Below are positions 38,786 through 51,013 of a stretch of 64,000 nt of DNA, piece after piece. The stretch's first letter is position 1. Each line of letters opens with the position of its first letter. The translations under genes and the position numbers were made by a program. Origin of the DNA: Octopus bimaculoides (Eukaryota); contig NC_069002.1 in assembly GCF_001194135.2 (NCBI RefSeq), positions 3,773,026-3,837,025 of the forward strand. The letters run 5' to 3'. Below the pieces are notes generated by a model. The model ran no database searches, was not told where the DNA came from, and saw only the letters and a program-made list of their open reading frames with translations.

Positions 38786-39562
38786 AATAATAATAATAAT
38801 AATAATATTGCCACTTTCTAACTCTCTTGCCCATCAGTGACTGAGTTAACCTTCTCATCCACTAAGGGAGATGCTTGAGTGGTTAAGGTCAAGCAACTGA
38901 CAAGCAAATCTCTGGCATTGAGCAGAATATTAGCCATAACGATATTTGTTCTTCAGTAACTCAGCACCGAGTCTATCTGAAATGTAATGGAAGATAGGCC
39001 AATTGCAAAACATTGACATCCATGTCACAAAACCACAGTTTGAAGGGAATAGTAGTCATTTCCTTTGATTTCTAGATAGGACCAAATAGGAAATAACACT
39101 TACAGGCCAAAGATGAAACAAAATTTTTGTTACACAGTGTAATGATTGTGTGGGAGGAACAAATGAAGATAAGAATTTATGTTCAACAAATAAACAAGTG
39201 AAATTACCAAAGGAAGTATAAAGGTAAAAATACAATGTTTTCGGGGTTTCCCTGTGCTCACCAGTTTTAAATAATGTGTTTGGGAATATTAAGTGGTAAC
39301 TAAAGTGGAAATAACATTGGCATAACAGCCCAATTTTATATACATCCTCCTGCATAAATGATTGGTTTCATAGAAATTAATGGACGTTAAACACTCTCAA
39401 ACAGGACTTGTTGAATAGATAAGTGTGCTTAATTTGTATGAAAATANNNNNNNNNNNNNNNNNNNNNNNNNNNNNNNNNNNNNNNNNNNNNNNNNNNNNN
39501 NNNNNNNNNNNNNNNNNNNNNNNNNNNNNNNNNNNNNNNNNNNNNNTTATATACATACATGT

Positions 39563-39601
<39 letters not shown>

Positions 39602-39619
39602 TTTATATAGATAGATGTA

Positions 39620-40140
39620 CACACACACAAAAATGGTCATGTACTACGGATGGATGAGGAGAGCTGTGCGAAGAAGTGCCACTCCCAAACAGTGGAAGGA
39701 ATCCAGGGTAGATCCAGACCCAGGAAGACATGGGATGAGGTGGTGAAGCATGACCTTCGAACCTTGGGCCTCACAGAGGCAATGACAAAAGACAGAGACC
39801 TCTGGAGGTATGCTGTGACTGAGAAGACCCAGCAAGGAAAGTGAGATCACAGCCATAGCCTACACCAGTGTTGCATAACCAACCCATTTAAAAAAGTACC
39901 TTTGGATCGTCAGGTGACATGCCATGCTTGAGGAGACCTATTGAGTCAAGTACATCAAAGTCAAATCAAACCACAATGAAATGGAAATTGTAGCTGTGGC
40001 TGATGCCAGTGCCACCTGACTGGCTCCCATGCTAGTGGCACACAATAAGCAACATTCATGCGTGGGTTGTTGCCAGTGCTGCCTGACTGGTGGCACATAA
40101 AAAGCACCATCCGAACATGGTCGATGCCAGCCTCCTCACC
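39620..40140 (+). mobile_element. RTE LINE 3' end with family-C-like tail
   Basis: MDEESCAKKCHSQTVEGIQGRSRPRKTWDEVVKHDL...DRDLWR, a canonical RTE C-terminus. Confidence 0.85.
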
Positions 40141-42279
40141 CTGAGGTCGATTTGTTTGGCTAGAACCCCTCAAGGTGGTGGTCCAGCATGGCCGTAGTCA
40201 AAGAGGATAGGTATGTCTGTGTGACTAAGAAGTTTGCATCCCAACCAGATAGTTTTGGGTTCAATCCTGCTGCAGGGCACCTTAGCAAGTGTCTTTTATA
40301 ATAGCTTCAGGTTGTCCAAAGCCCTGTGAGGGGACTTTGGTAGATGGACTTCGAATGTATGTATGCCTGCACATGTGTACATGTCTACTTGAAGCAATAA
40401 CCTCCATCTCCGATTTTCCATGGAAACACATTTGGTGTAAATACTACCTTCCTTGGAAATACAGAAGATTAGCACCAAGAAGGGTATCTAGCCATAGAAA
40501 ATCCACCTCAACAAATTCCATCCAACCCATGCGAGTATAGAAAAGTGAATGTGAAAAGCAATGATGATAATATGAATATATATATATATATATATATAGG
40601 CACAATAAATATATACAAAAACAAATATATACAAAAACACTCACATAAACATATATATATATATATATACTCATGAGAGAAAAAAGGTATATTTGGTATA
40701 ACTACCTTAGAAGAAGAAATCATTTGCTAAGTTTTGTAGAGTAACAGGATTTTGTAGTGGGTATTATTATAATGGTCAAGGTCTCACAGTGGCATATAGC
40801 TTCATCCAGAGCACAAATCTTCAAATAGTGAGATTTTGAGAAACAGGAATTGTATATATTTGTCTGATGAGTGTGAGGGGAGTATGTAGTGTATGTATGC
40901 GTGGGTGGTGTAATTGTGGTTTTTTTTCGTTTTTGTGGGGGGAGCTATCTGAAGAATATGATTCTATGTGATCTACTTGTTGATTGTGTGAGAAACTACA
41001 GTGATGGGGATATGTTTGAGAAAGATTTCTCAAATTTCCATATCCTAAGGACTCTCAGTTAGAATAAAACTACGATACTTGGAAATTCCCCAATTCTATA
41101 AATATATTATATATATTTACATACACATATACCATTGTCATCATCATTGTCTTAATGTCCACCTTGCATAGGCATAGCTGTGAAATAAGCTTTTCCCCCA
41201 ACCACATGGTTCTGACCAAAGCCTTGGGACTGGATTTGGGAGATGGAAACTGAAAGAAGCCTGTCATGTATATGTGTATACATGTGTGCATGTCTGTGTT
41301 TGTCCCCCACTAGTGCTTGACAACCAGCATTGGTGTGGTTATGTCCCTGTAACTTAGTAGTTCAGCAAAAGAGATCAATAGAATGAGTATCAGGCTTAAA
41401 AAAATTTTAAAAACTAAGTATTGGTGTTGATTCATGCAACTATAAGTTCTTCAAGGCAGTGCCCCAGCATGGCCGCAGTCTAATGACTGAAACAGGCAAA
41501 AGATTAAAAGATATACCATCATCATCATCATCATTGTTTTAATGTCCACCTTGCATGGGTTGGCCTGAGTTTGAAACATATATTCCACAGCTGGATGCCC
41601 TTCCCATTGCCAACCCTTATCTACTTCCAAGCAAGATAATATTTGCCCCACTGTCAGACATTTTTGCAAAATACTGAAAATGAATAACACTGCTTATGTG
41701 ACAGTGACACTCATTTACAGCTATCAAACTATGTCAAGAGAAGGAAACATATGCATATACACACATACATACACACGCATACACACACACACATAATCCT
41801 CATCTAACAAAGTTCTAATGCTGGCATAGCTTGAATGATTTGACAGGATCCGATAGGTTTGCAAAGACTGCATCGTGCCCCAGGGTTTGCTTTTGGGTAC
41901 CTTTCCTAATGCCAGTTACTTTACAGCATGTACTGGGTGGCTTTTCGTGCTGGACACTTTTTAGTTTTTGTCCACCAAATACATTCACAAGGCTCCAGTA
42001 CTTTTTTTTTTTTAAACGCTGGCACTTATTCCATCAGTATCTTTTGCCAAACCATTAAGTTACAGGGACGTAAATACACCAACACCAGTTATCAAGTGGT
42101 GGTAGGGGACAAAGATACACACACATACACAACAGGCTTCTTTCAGTTTCCATCTACCAAATCCACTCACAAGGGTTTGGTTAGCCCGAGGTTATAGTAA
42201 AAGACACTTGCACATGGTGCCACACAGAGGGACACCACACCACCCACTTTCTCCCAGCAACAAATAAATATAGTCTCAC

Positions 42280-42381
42280 CTGCTTCATCACACTTCGCAC
42301 AACATGTTCAGGTAACTGAGGAAACTGCCTCGCAAGGGAAATGAAGAGTTTCACTTTCAGGTTGCTTTCAGGCTCTGCCAT
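42280..42381 (-). CDS. TAB2: TAB2/TAB3 orthologue, coding exon 1 (CUE domain N-terminal half)
   Basis: MAEPESNLKVKLFISLARQFPQLPEHVVRSVMKQ resembles the TAB2 CUE start (LRQKFPEVPEVVVSRCMLQ) including the FP motif. Strong ATG context (A at -3, G at +4). Acceptor after a poly-T tract places the exon start at 42409. Donor CAG|gtgaga, phase 0. Confidence 0.9.
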
Positions 42382-42385
42382 ACTG

Positions 42386-42397
42386 TCACGGTTTCAT
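42386..42397 (-). promoter_or_regulatory. Minimal uORF (M-K-P-stop) ending 4 nt before the TAB2 start codon
   Basis: CTTC ATG AAA CCG TGA CAGT ATG GCA. The uATG is in weak context (T at -3). Confidence 0.55.
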
Positions 42398-45181
42398 GAA
42401 GGTGAGACCCTTTAAAAAAAAGATAAACAGAAGCAGATAGAAAAAGGTTGCAAAGAATGAAAGAAAGTTTAATTTTCTGGGCATGTCATTAAAAAAATCA
42501 GCACAGTTTTCCCACGCCTGAGTGGATGCCATAATAGTAATGTCATCATCACTTAACATCCACTTTCCATGTTTGCATGAGTCAGATGGAATGGCTCATC
42601 TCAGAACGCTGAACCTTATGGAGGAGATGACAGAGTGGTGTATTGCTGTAACTCGAGAAAACCAGCCCACCACAACAGAACCAAGGTGTCTCGTAAAAAG
42701 CACTGGTGTGGGTGCTGGTGCCATATAAAAAGGGCTGGTGCTACGTAAAAAGCAACCAGTACACTGTGGAGAGGTTGGTGTTAGGAAGGGCATCCAGCTT
42801 TAGAAACCAAAGCAAAACAGTCTATGAAACCTGGTGCAGCCCCTGGCCTTGCCAGTTCCTGTCAAATCATCCAACCCATGCCAGCATGGAAATCATGATG
42901 ATGATTATATGATAGTTCTAAGTGAGCATCACCATCATACAAACAATGTTCTTTGTTTCCAGGCTTCGATGAAGAACAGGCCTGTCGTGGGGAAATCATT
43001 TTTTGCTTAGACACAAGTGAAAGTTAGTGACAAGAGCATCAGGTCATAGAAATACTCTCAGCATTTTTTTTTTAACACTCAAATGATTCCGCCAGCTTGG
43101 CAATAATAACCGTTTCTAATTTAGGCACAAGGCCAGGAATTTTGAAGGAAAGGAATTTAGTCAACACCACTAACTCCAGTATCTGACTGGTTCTTTATTT
43201 TACTGATACCATTCTCAAACCCAACCATTTTCAAAAACATGTTGGAACAAGGTAATCTTGGGCCTAAACAACAAACAGTTTTTCTCAAAGTTACAGTATC
43301 TTGTAAATTTACTCCAAACATGCAACCGACCAAACTTAACTTGGTTCTATACAGAGCGAGTATTCACTGTCATTCAAACAGTATCAGATATATTACACAT
43401 GCTACACATACCTTGTCTTTAATATGATAAAAAGACACCCTTAGCAGTTAATGAAATGTTTGTAAACCAATACCACACACCACCACCACCACCACCACCA
43501 CTACCACCAAAAACTTACCACAGTGGGGTACTGTGGTGGCCCAGAAGAGGAAGAGAGATGAGAGGAACAGCAAATCACCCTAGTTGGGGTGCAAAGCAGC
43601 AAGTTACAGACAGAAGCAGACAAACGGTGTAGTAAGAGGGTAGACAAGTGTAGAACAGGTATTTTATTTGAGACACAACGAAACAATTACACTGATGCAC
43701 ATGCAAGCAGGTGTGTGTTTGAGAGAGAGAGTGAGAGTGAGAGTGTGTGTGTGAAATCGACCCCAGGACTTATTCTTTGTAAGCCTAGTACTTATTCTAA
43801 TGGTGTCTTTTACCGAACCGCTAAGTTACGGGGACATAAACACACCAACATCGGTCGTCAAGCAATGGGGGGGGGGACAAACACAGACACAAAATATCTG
43901 TTAATGGCTATGTCTTATTATCAGTGTATTCCATTTTATTATCTTTGATTCCTTATTCTTTTATCCTTGTATACTTCATTTTATTGCTTGTGGAGACATA
44001 TCTGTAGTTATAATGCATGACGATAGAACAGCATCTCACCTGTAAGGTATGAGTGCATGATGAATCGAAACGATCGCAGTGGTTCTGAATAAAAGAGTTT
44101 TGCAAGTTTCATTTTCTGTCTCTCGTTTTTACACACACACACACACACACACACAGACAGACAAGGTTTATATTTATATTGAATTACATATATAGCACAT
44201 GTGTGTGTACATACACACATACACACACAGAGTGAAAGATGGGATGGAAATTCCAGTACAATGTGTTTCAAAAAATGAGCAAATCTTAAAAAAATTTGGA
44301 GGTTCGGTTGGTTAGTTAGTTGGTTCAAATAAAGTTTTGTATAGTTTTAGTTTGCCTTTAAATAAATAAAAAAAAAATTTAAACATTAATACACACACAC
44401 ACACACAAAGTCACACATACATACAGCTATAGTTGTACAACATGAATTTACAAAAAAAAGTAGCTGTCTTGTGATACAAAAAAATTAAACTATTGACATA
44501 TATTATAAAACTTAAAATGTGTCTGCCTGCCTCTCACTTTTCCTGGCTGCCGAAGCCCCCCCCCTCTCTATCTCTCTATCTCTCTCTCTCTCTCTTACTG
44601 GTTCGCTTTCGCCTTTCTTTGTCAATCTAACCCTCTCTTTCCCTGTTCTCCTTTAAACAAACAGGATCTATTTGAAAAGCTATCAAGTCATACACACATT
44701 TCTACAATTACAAAACCACAACACTGTCATCTAATTGGGATTAATTAGTATTAGATATAAAAAGTATGAAAGAAGACAGCTACAAGTTACCAACAAATAA
44801 CAACATCCTCACCACCACCACCACACAGCAAATCTGCATTTGTTGTTTTATTAAATTGCCAACTAACGCAATATGCTGTCTATATACATATCCAACTGAG
44901 ACAAACAGTTTGAAACAAGCCGATGAAGGAGCCACTATGCAACCACTCAACCTGCTGGAAATAGCAACCAAATCTCCTTTAGGTCACACATAGCTTGCTT
45001 TCTTAGAAAAGAACACATTGGATTATGCAGTATTGTGTTCTGAGCACTTAGGAAAAAGAAGAGGTGGTCGTGATTGGAAACCCTTTGACCATATATCTGC
45101 CCAATCAGGGCTAATTTAGGGCTGAACAACACACAAAAATATAGTATGTGTAGGTTTGTATTTGAATGCTATACTTCAGTG

Positions 45182-45234
<53 letters not shown>

Positions 45235-46954
45235 NNNNNNNNNNNNNNNNNNNNNNNNNNNNNNNNNNNNNNNNNNNNNNNNNNNNNNNNNNNNNNNNNN
45301 NNNNNNNNNNNNNNNNNNNNNNNNNNNNNNNNNNNNNNNNNNNNNNNNNNNNNNNNNNNNNNNNNNNNNNNNNNNNNNNNNNNNNNNNNNNNNNNNNNNN
45401 NNNNNNNNNNNNNNNNNNNNNNNNNNNNNNNNNNNNNNNNNNNNNNNNNNNNNNNNNNNNNNNNNNNNNNNNNNNNNNNNNNNNNNNNNNNNNNNNNNNN
45501 NNNNNNNNNNNNNNNNNNNNNNNNNNNNNNNNNNNNNNNNNNNNNNNNNNNNNNNNNNNNNNNNNNNNNNNNNNNNNNNNNNNNNNNNNNNNNNNNNNNN
45601 NNNNNNNNNNNNNNNNNNNNNNNNNNNNNNNNNNNNNNNNNNNNNNNNNNNNNNNNNNNNNNNNNNNNNNNNNNNNNNNNNNNNNNNNNNNNNNNNNNNN
45701 NNNNNNNNNNNNNNNNNNNNNNNNNNNNNNNNNNNNNNNNNNNNNNNNNNNNNNNNNNNNNNNNNNNNNNNNNNNNNNNNNNNNNNNNNNNNNNNNNNNN
45801 NNNNNNNNNNNNNNNNNNNNNNNNNNNNNNNNNNNNNNNNNNNNNNNNNNNNNNNNNNNNNNNNNNNNNNNNNNNNNNNNNGAGAGAGAGGAGGGAGGGA
45901 GAGAGAGAGGAGGGAGGGAGAGAGAGAGAGAGATGAGAATAGAGAAATTTGGCTATTGTTTTTAGCAAACTGAATGACCCTGCAGAAATGCCATGGTCTT
46001 CAGGTCATCATGTGGTAGTCATGATAGACATGGTTGACGATTGGTCTGTTCCACATGTGACCACTAATGTCAAGGACATGCTACAAACTGTAAACTGACA
46101 GAAAGGTAATCTGTCTGCACTGGCTGGCTAGGGTTGGGTTGGTGACTTCAAGTTGGTTATCTTAAATACAAGCTGAGACATGTGAAATGGCATTAACGTA
46201 TTACAAATAATATTCTCAATTGACAGGGTCCCACCAAGAGCACTGGTAAAATCCTATTGCAAATGAATTGTTTAGTCTAGTCTGCACAACATGGAAGTTC
46301 AAGTAATAAAGACCACCACATACAAACAGAATTGTGCAAAGCCCTCCCTAGCTACATAACAGAAGGAATTTCTACATGGTTGCAAGGTCTGCTACAAATT
46401 GCAGCTAAATCACTTTTGAATTGTATTCTAGTGTCTTCGAAAAATCATAATCTTTTCTTGTACAGGCACAAGGCTGGAAATTTTAGGGGTGGAGGTCAGT
46501 CAATTACATTGGCCCCAAGGCTCAACTGGTACTTATTTTATCAAATGTAAATATAAACACATGCATACACAATTAGTTTTATGTCCTTTTCCCCATGCCA
46601 GCAGGGTTTAGACAGCTGTATTATTGAAGCACTGGTGCTATTCCTGTTACCAACCCATAACTGATTTTCAAAGAAAGGATCTCTTATTTCACACATCTCC
46701 AAAAATTTAAAGCCAGGGGAAGGATTTGTTAACAGAATTGATAACAGTGTCAGTGCAATACTCAGTCAATATGCATATACACACACACATATATACAAAT
46801 ATACACACACATGTATCTACAAATATACATACACATATATATATGCGGACATACACATATACACAGGCATGCACACACACATACATACATACATATACAC
46901 ACACACATATATATAGGCATACACACATATCTATATATATATATGTAAATGGCA

Positions 46955-47165
46955 ATTTCTGCCTGTCTGTATGTCTGTTACCATCTTAGTGCCTAAACCA
47001 GAGAACCAATATTCACGAAACTTTGCATACATGTGACACTAACATCCAGTTCAATAATAGGCTAATTGGATTTCAATAAAAGTCTATAATCTGCCCCACC
47101 CCCACCAGGGGCATTGGGCAAATTATATGATAAAATGAAAAAGTTGCAAAAAGTATTAGTGTGAA
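46955..47165. mobile_element. Possible Helitron/Helentron-associated short element
   Basis: ctgtctgtatgtctgtt...gaaccaatattcacgaaactttgcatacatgtg resembles HINE/DINE-type internal motifs (from memory). Confidence 0.3.
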
Positions 47166-47415
47166 GGAAAGTTAGTAATAGAGAGAGGGTGACTTGTATC
47201 AGTGAAGGCAGGAACAAAGATGGAAATGAGATGATGTTACTACAGCTGTCGTATACACATGATGCTGCATACATACTTTCATAAATACATAGATACAACA
47301 CACACACACACAGAAAGGGGTGTGTGAGGAATACATAGCTTTGAGAGAGGGAGTAGGTGGCTTTGCCGTCTATTGCAAAGAAACACTCACACACAGACAC
47401 ACCCACACACATACA

Positions 47416-47930
47416 TACGTGGTCTGATCAATAAGTAGATGGACTGTTGCTATAGTGATGAAGCTAAAGCACACAAAGTGAAGCCACTTGGCACAGATTG
47501 ACCTTGACCGCTGCTGTGCATACACACTAAGTTTCAACATTCTAACTCACTTCTGCTGTTTACAGCAGTGCTTGGAAGGATGGTGTGTAGCATGTGATCA
47601 TCGCATTGACCATGCAGAGAATCTGCATCAGATTTTGCCAGAAGCATGGAGATACCTGCTCAGAGGCCTACGCAAAGTTTTCAAAAAGCTTTTGTCATTC
47701 TCGACTCAGTGAAGATCTTGTGCAACGGAAACCTGAGTGTCCTTTCGGTCGGCTGGAAGCAGTTTTGGCACAAACTTGGCAGACACCCGTCTCATACCCA
47801 AATCTTCAGTCATAATGAACTGAACCATGACGCATATGCACATCCTCCGATAACTCACAGACGGGGATTCAACGATTTCCCTTCACAGCTGCGATGTTTT
47901 TCCCAGTTCTGCTGGTTGCAGGTCTCCTAG
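47416..47930 (+). mobile_element. Decayed mariner element(s)
   Basis: TIR-like tacgtggtctgatcaataagt. Frame QRICIRFCQKHGDTCSEAYAK matches mariner EQRICIKFC..LG.S.TET. The 3' half appears to be an inverted transposase piece. Confidence 0.75.
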
Positions 47931-47948
47931 AATGTTCATCAATAGACA

Positions 47949-48244
47949 TATAATTGTTAAAGAGGACAACAAACAATAAGGCAAGGCAAACATCTCAAGT
48001 CATATTCATTATTATTATTGGAAAAATTCAGTCTTACAGCTATTTCTGGGATATCCTGGAGTGTGGGATATTCCGTCACCAGAGACAAATAGAGAAAATA
48101 CCCTTCTCATTTTCCCAATTTGTCTCTGATAACAGAATATCCCAGAAACAGCTGTAAGACTTTGAATTTTTGCAATAATAATAACATATATCACTTGAGA
48201 TATTTGTCTTGCCTTAACATTTGTTGTGCTCTTTAACAATTATA
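47949..48244. mobile_element. ~295-bp fold-back (palindromic MITE-like element)
   Basis: Arms aattgttaaagag(g/c)acaacaaa...gagacaaat..gaaaa mirror each other around an 11-nt loop. ORF track shows near-identical peptides on both strands. TA flanks. Confidence 0.85.
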
Positions 48245-48483
48245 TATATCTGCTATATCGGAAATCTACAATGGCTCCATAACTACCGTCTTGGTTACAA
48301 CCTTGGAGCCCTGGTAATCCATTACAGCACTTACCTAGCGCACCTAGTCATTTAGATCACCTGTGAACTAAACCCCCATACTTTGTGTTTGTGTGTGTAT
48401 ATATATTAGACAATATATAGACACACACACATATATATATATATACACACACATAGACACATATATACACACACGTGTGTGTA

Positions 48484-48514
<31 letters not shown>

Positions 48515-49194
48515 TAGACACACACACACACATATATATCCTAGTTCAACTGACAATATATCACTGCATTAATAATGTAGGAGACTCAACAACATCCTTA
48601 TCAATTTACATTTTTTTTTTCTTGTTTTTTCCCAAACTTGCAACAGTACAAAGTTGTCAAAGCTTCACACTTCCTATTATGTAACACAAACAACTGGGGG
48701 GGAAAAATCCCCGTTAGAGGAGCAAAAGTACATCAAATTAGTTTCTATTTTATTTTTGAAAAATTTGTGCCAACAACAACAGTTTCTATACTCACAAGGA
48801 GCCATTTCCCTTTAATTATACCATAATCATTTTGGGGAGAGGCTTCCCAACCATGGAATTTTAGGGTGCGTCTTCTACAGCCACCTCAGGCCAATTCAAG
48901 CCATTTTATAGACACACACAGCCCCCAATTTAGGGGAACAATATAGTCAGTTACATCGATTTCAAATTTTGGCACATAAACAGCAATTTCGGCAGGAGGG
49001 GCAGGTTAAGTCAATTACATCGACTCCCGGTGTTTGGCTGGTATTTATTTTATCGACTCCGAAGGGATGAAGGGCAAAGTCAACCTCAGCAGAATTTGAA
49101 CTCAGAACGTAAAGACAGATGAAATGCCGCTAAGCATTTTGGTTGGCATGCTAACAATTCTGCCAGCTCACTGCCCTGGTATAGTCAGTTATAT

Positions 49195-49360
49195 CAACCT
49201 CCATACGTGATAGTTCAAATTTATAGAAACAAAAGACAAAGACAGGTGTCGGAACAACAAGCAGGTGTATTAGTTTAACACTTGGGAAAAATGGAAAAGT
49301 CTTTTATGTTTCGAGCTTATGCTCTTCAACAAAAAGGATTAAGACAAAAAAAAAATGGAG
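49195..49360 (-). mobile_element. Short repeat carrying a degenerate minimal hammerhead core; inverted relative at 35167-35275
   Basis: Minus 49337-49301: CTTT(T) TGTTGA A GAGC-ATAA-GCTC GAAAC ATA AAAG. The flanking body (aactaatacacct.cttgtt...cacctgtctt..tcttttg) is shared with the 35.2-kb copy. Confidence 0.55.
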
Positions 49361-50959
49361 AGAGAAAAAATGTGCAGAATTCAACGGTCCATCATGGCGA
49401 GATAACTGCATGATAGGTATTTTATCTTAATTGGCCCCGGGGAGGAAAAGGATGAAAGACAAACTCAGTATGTAATAGTACAAATAACAATAGTTTCTAA
49501 TTTAGGTACAAGGTCAGTATTTTTTAGAGAAGGGGTTAATCGGTTACATTGACCCCTTCCCCCTCACCGCACTTGTACTTTATCAGTCTTGGGGGTCTGA
49601 ACTCAAATCCTGTTGAAGTTGTCTTCAACAGGATTTGAAATCATAAGGTGAAGAACTGGAACAAATACCATAAAAGCATTTTGTTCGACATTAACCTTTC
49701 TGTCCTGAACAATGATTTCTGACTTAGATTTCAAAGGCCAGCAATTATGAGTGGAAGGCGTCGGTCTATTACATCAATCCCAGTACTTTGCAAGTAGTTT
49801 ATTTTATCGACCCTGGAGGAATGAAAGACGAAGTTATCCTCTCCGAGAGAGAATTTAAATTCAGACAGTAAAAGACAGGAAGAAATATAACAAGGCATTT
49901 TAGCTGTTTGTTTTAATGATTTTAACAATCTACCGTCCCTAATACACTTTTTTTTTTCTTTTCTTTCCCCGCTAATGATTACAAAACCAGATATTTTAGG
50001 AGTGTGAGGGAAGAGATTAAATCGGTTTTATACTTAATGGTACTCCTTGTATTGATCCCCGATGCCTGAAAAGCAAAATCGGCCTGGTTGGGATTTGAAC
50101 TCGGAACATAAATATCCGTAACTAAATACTGACGTTGAAAAAAAAACCGTTCAACAGAAAAGTTCCTAGAAGTGGTTGGTAGTAGTATAATAAACACGAC
50201 ACCGACAAATGAACTAAAACTAATATGGTGAGCTTCAGTCGACGATACTAGTAACAGAAACCACAAGAAAGAGTCTTTCTAAAGGTGAAAAACTTCTAAG
50301 AGTGGACACTCACTCAGATGTAAAGATACATGTGGACGTACTTATATATGTATGCGCGCACGTACATACACATTTGTATGTGTATGTTAGACAAATATAA
50401 ACAATACATAAAAAGGTAAAACTAAACGCACACACACGCGCATACTTCCATGTTTTCTGACTGATTACTATTATTATTTACTGCTACACCCACACATGTC
50501 TAGACGGCTTCCACACTTGTGTCATGGATGAAATAACGTTCAGAAGAAACAACAGTTTTAAAAAACCCACAAAACTCCGGAGCTGACGTGAAAGAGTTCG
50601 GTGTTTGTTGAGGAAAAGAAAGAGACATTTTGACGCCTATTCTTGCTAATGGCTATATTATTACAAGGAGAGGGCGGCAGGTTGGCAGAATCGGTAGAAC
50701 GTCGGACAAAATAACATGTGGGTATTAGTTATGTCCCCTTTACATTATAAGTTCAACTCCCGCTATGATCCAATATACTTGTCTTTCTCGGATCGTTATA
50801 TATATATATATATAAACATATATAATTACATTCGCATCTAGGATGCGTTAAGGCAGTGGTTCTCTACCATTTTTTGTCTATAGACCCCCCCTCCGATTCT
50901 TATTGGACCTTCACTGCCATTCGATGCATATATGTGTGTATATATTTACTTACTTACTT

Positions 50960-51013
<54 letters not shown>

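Noticed and set aside
44040-44085. tgatgaatcgaaacgatcg hammerhead-like string
   Set aside because: No credible stem II or stem I; at most a remote PLE-end relic.
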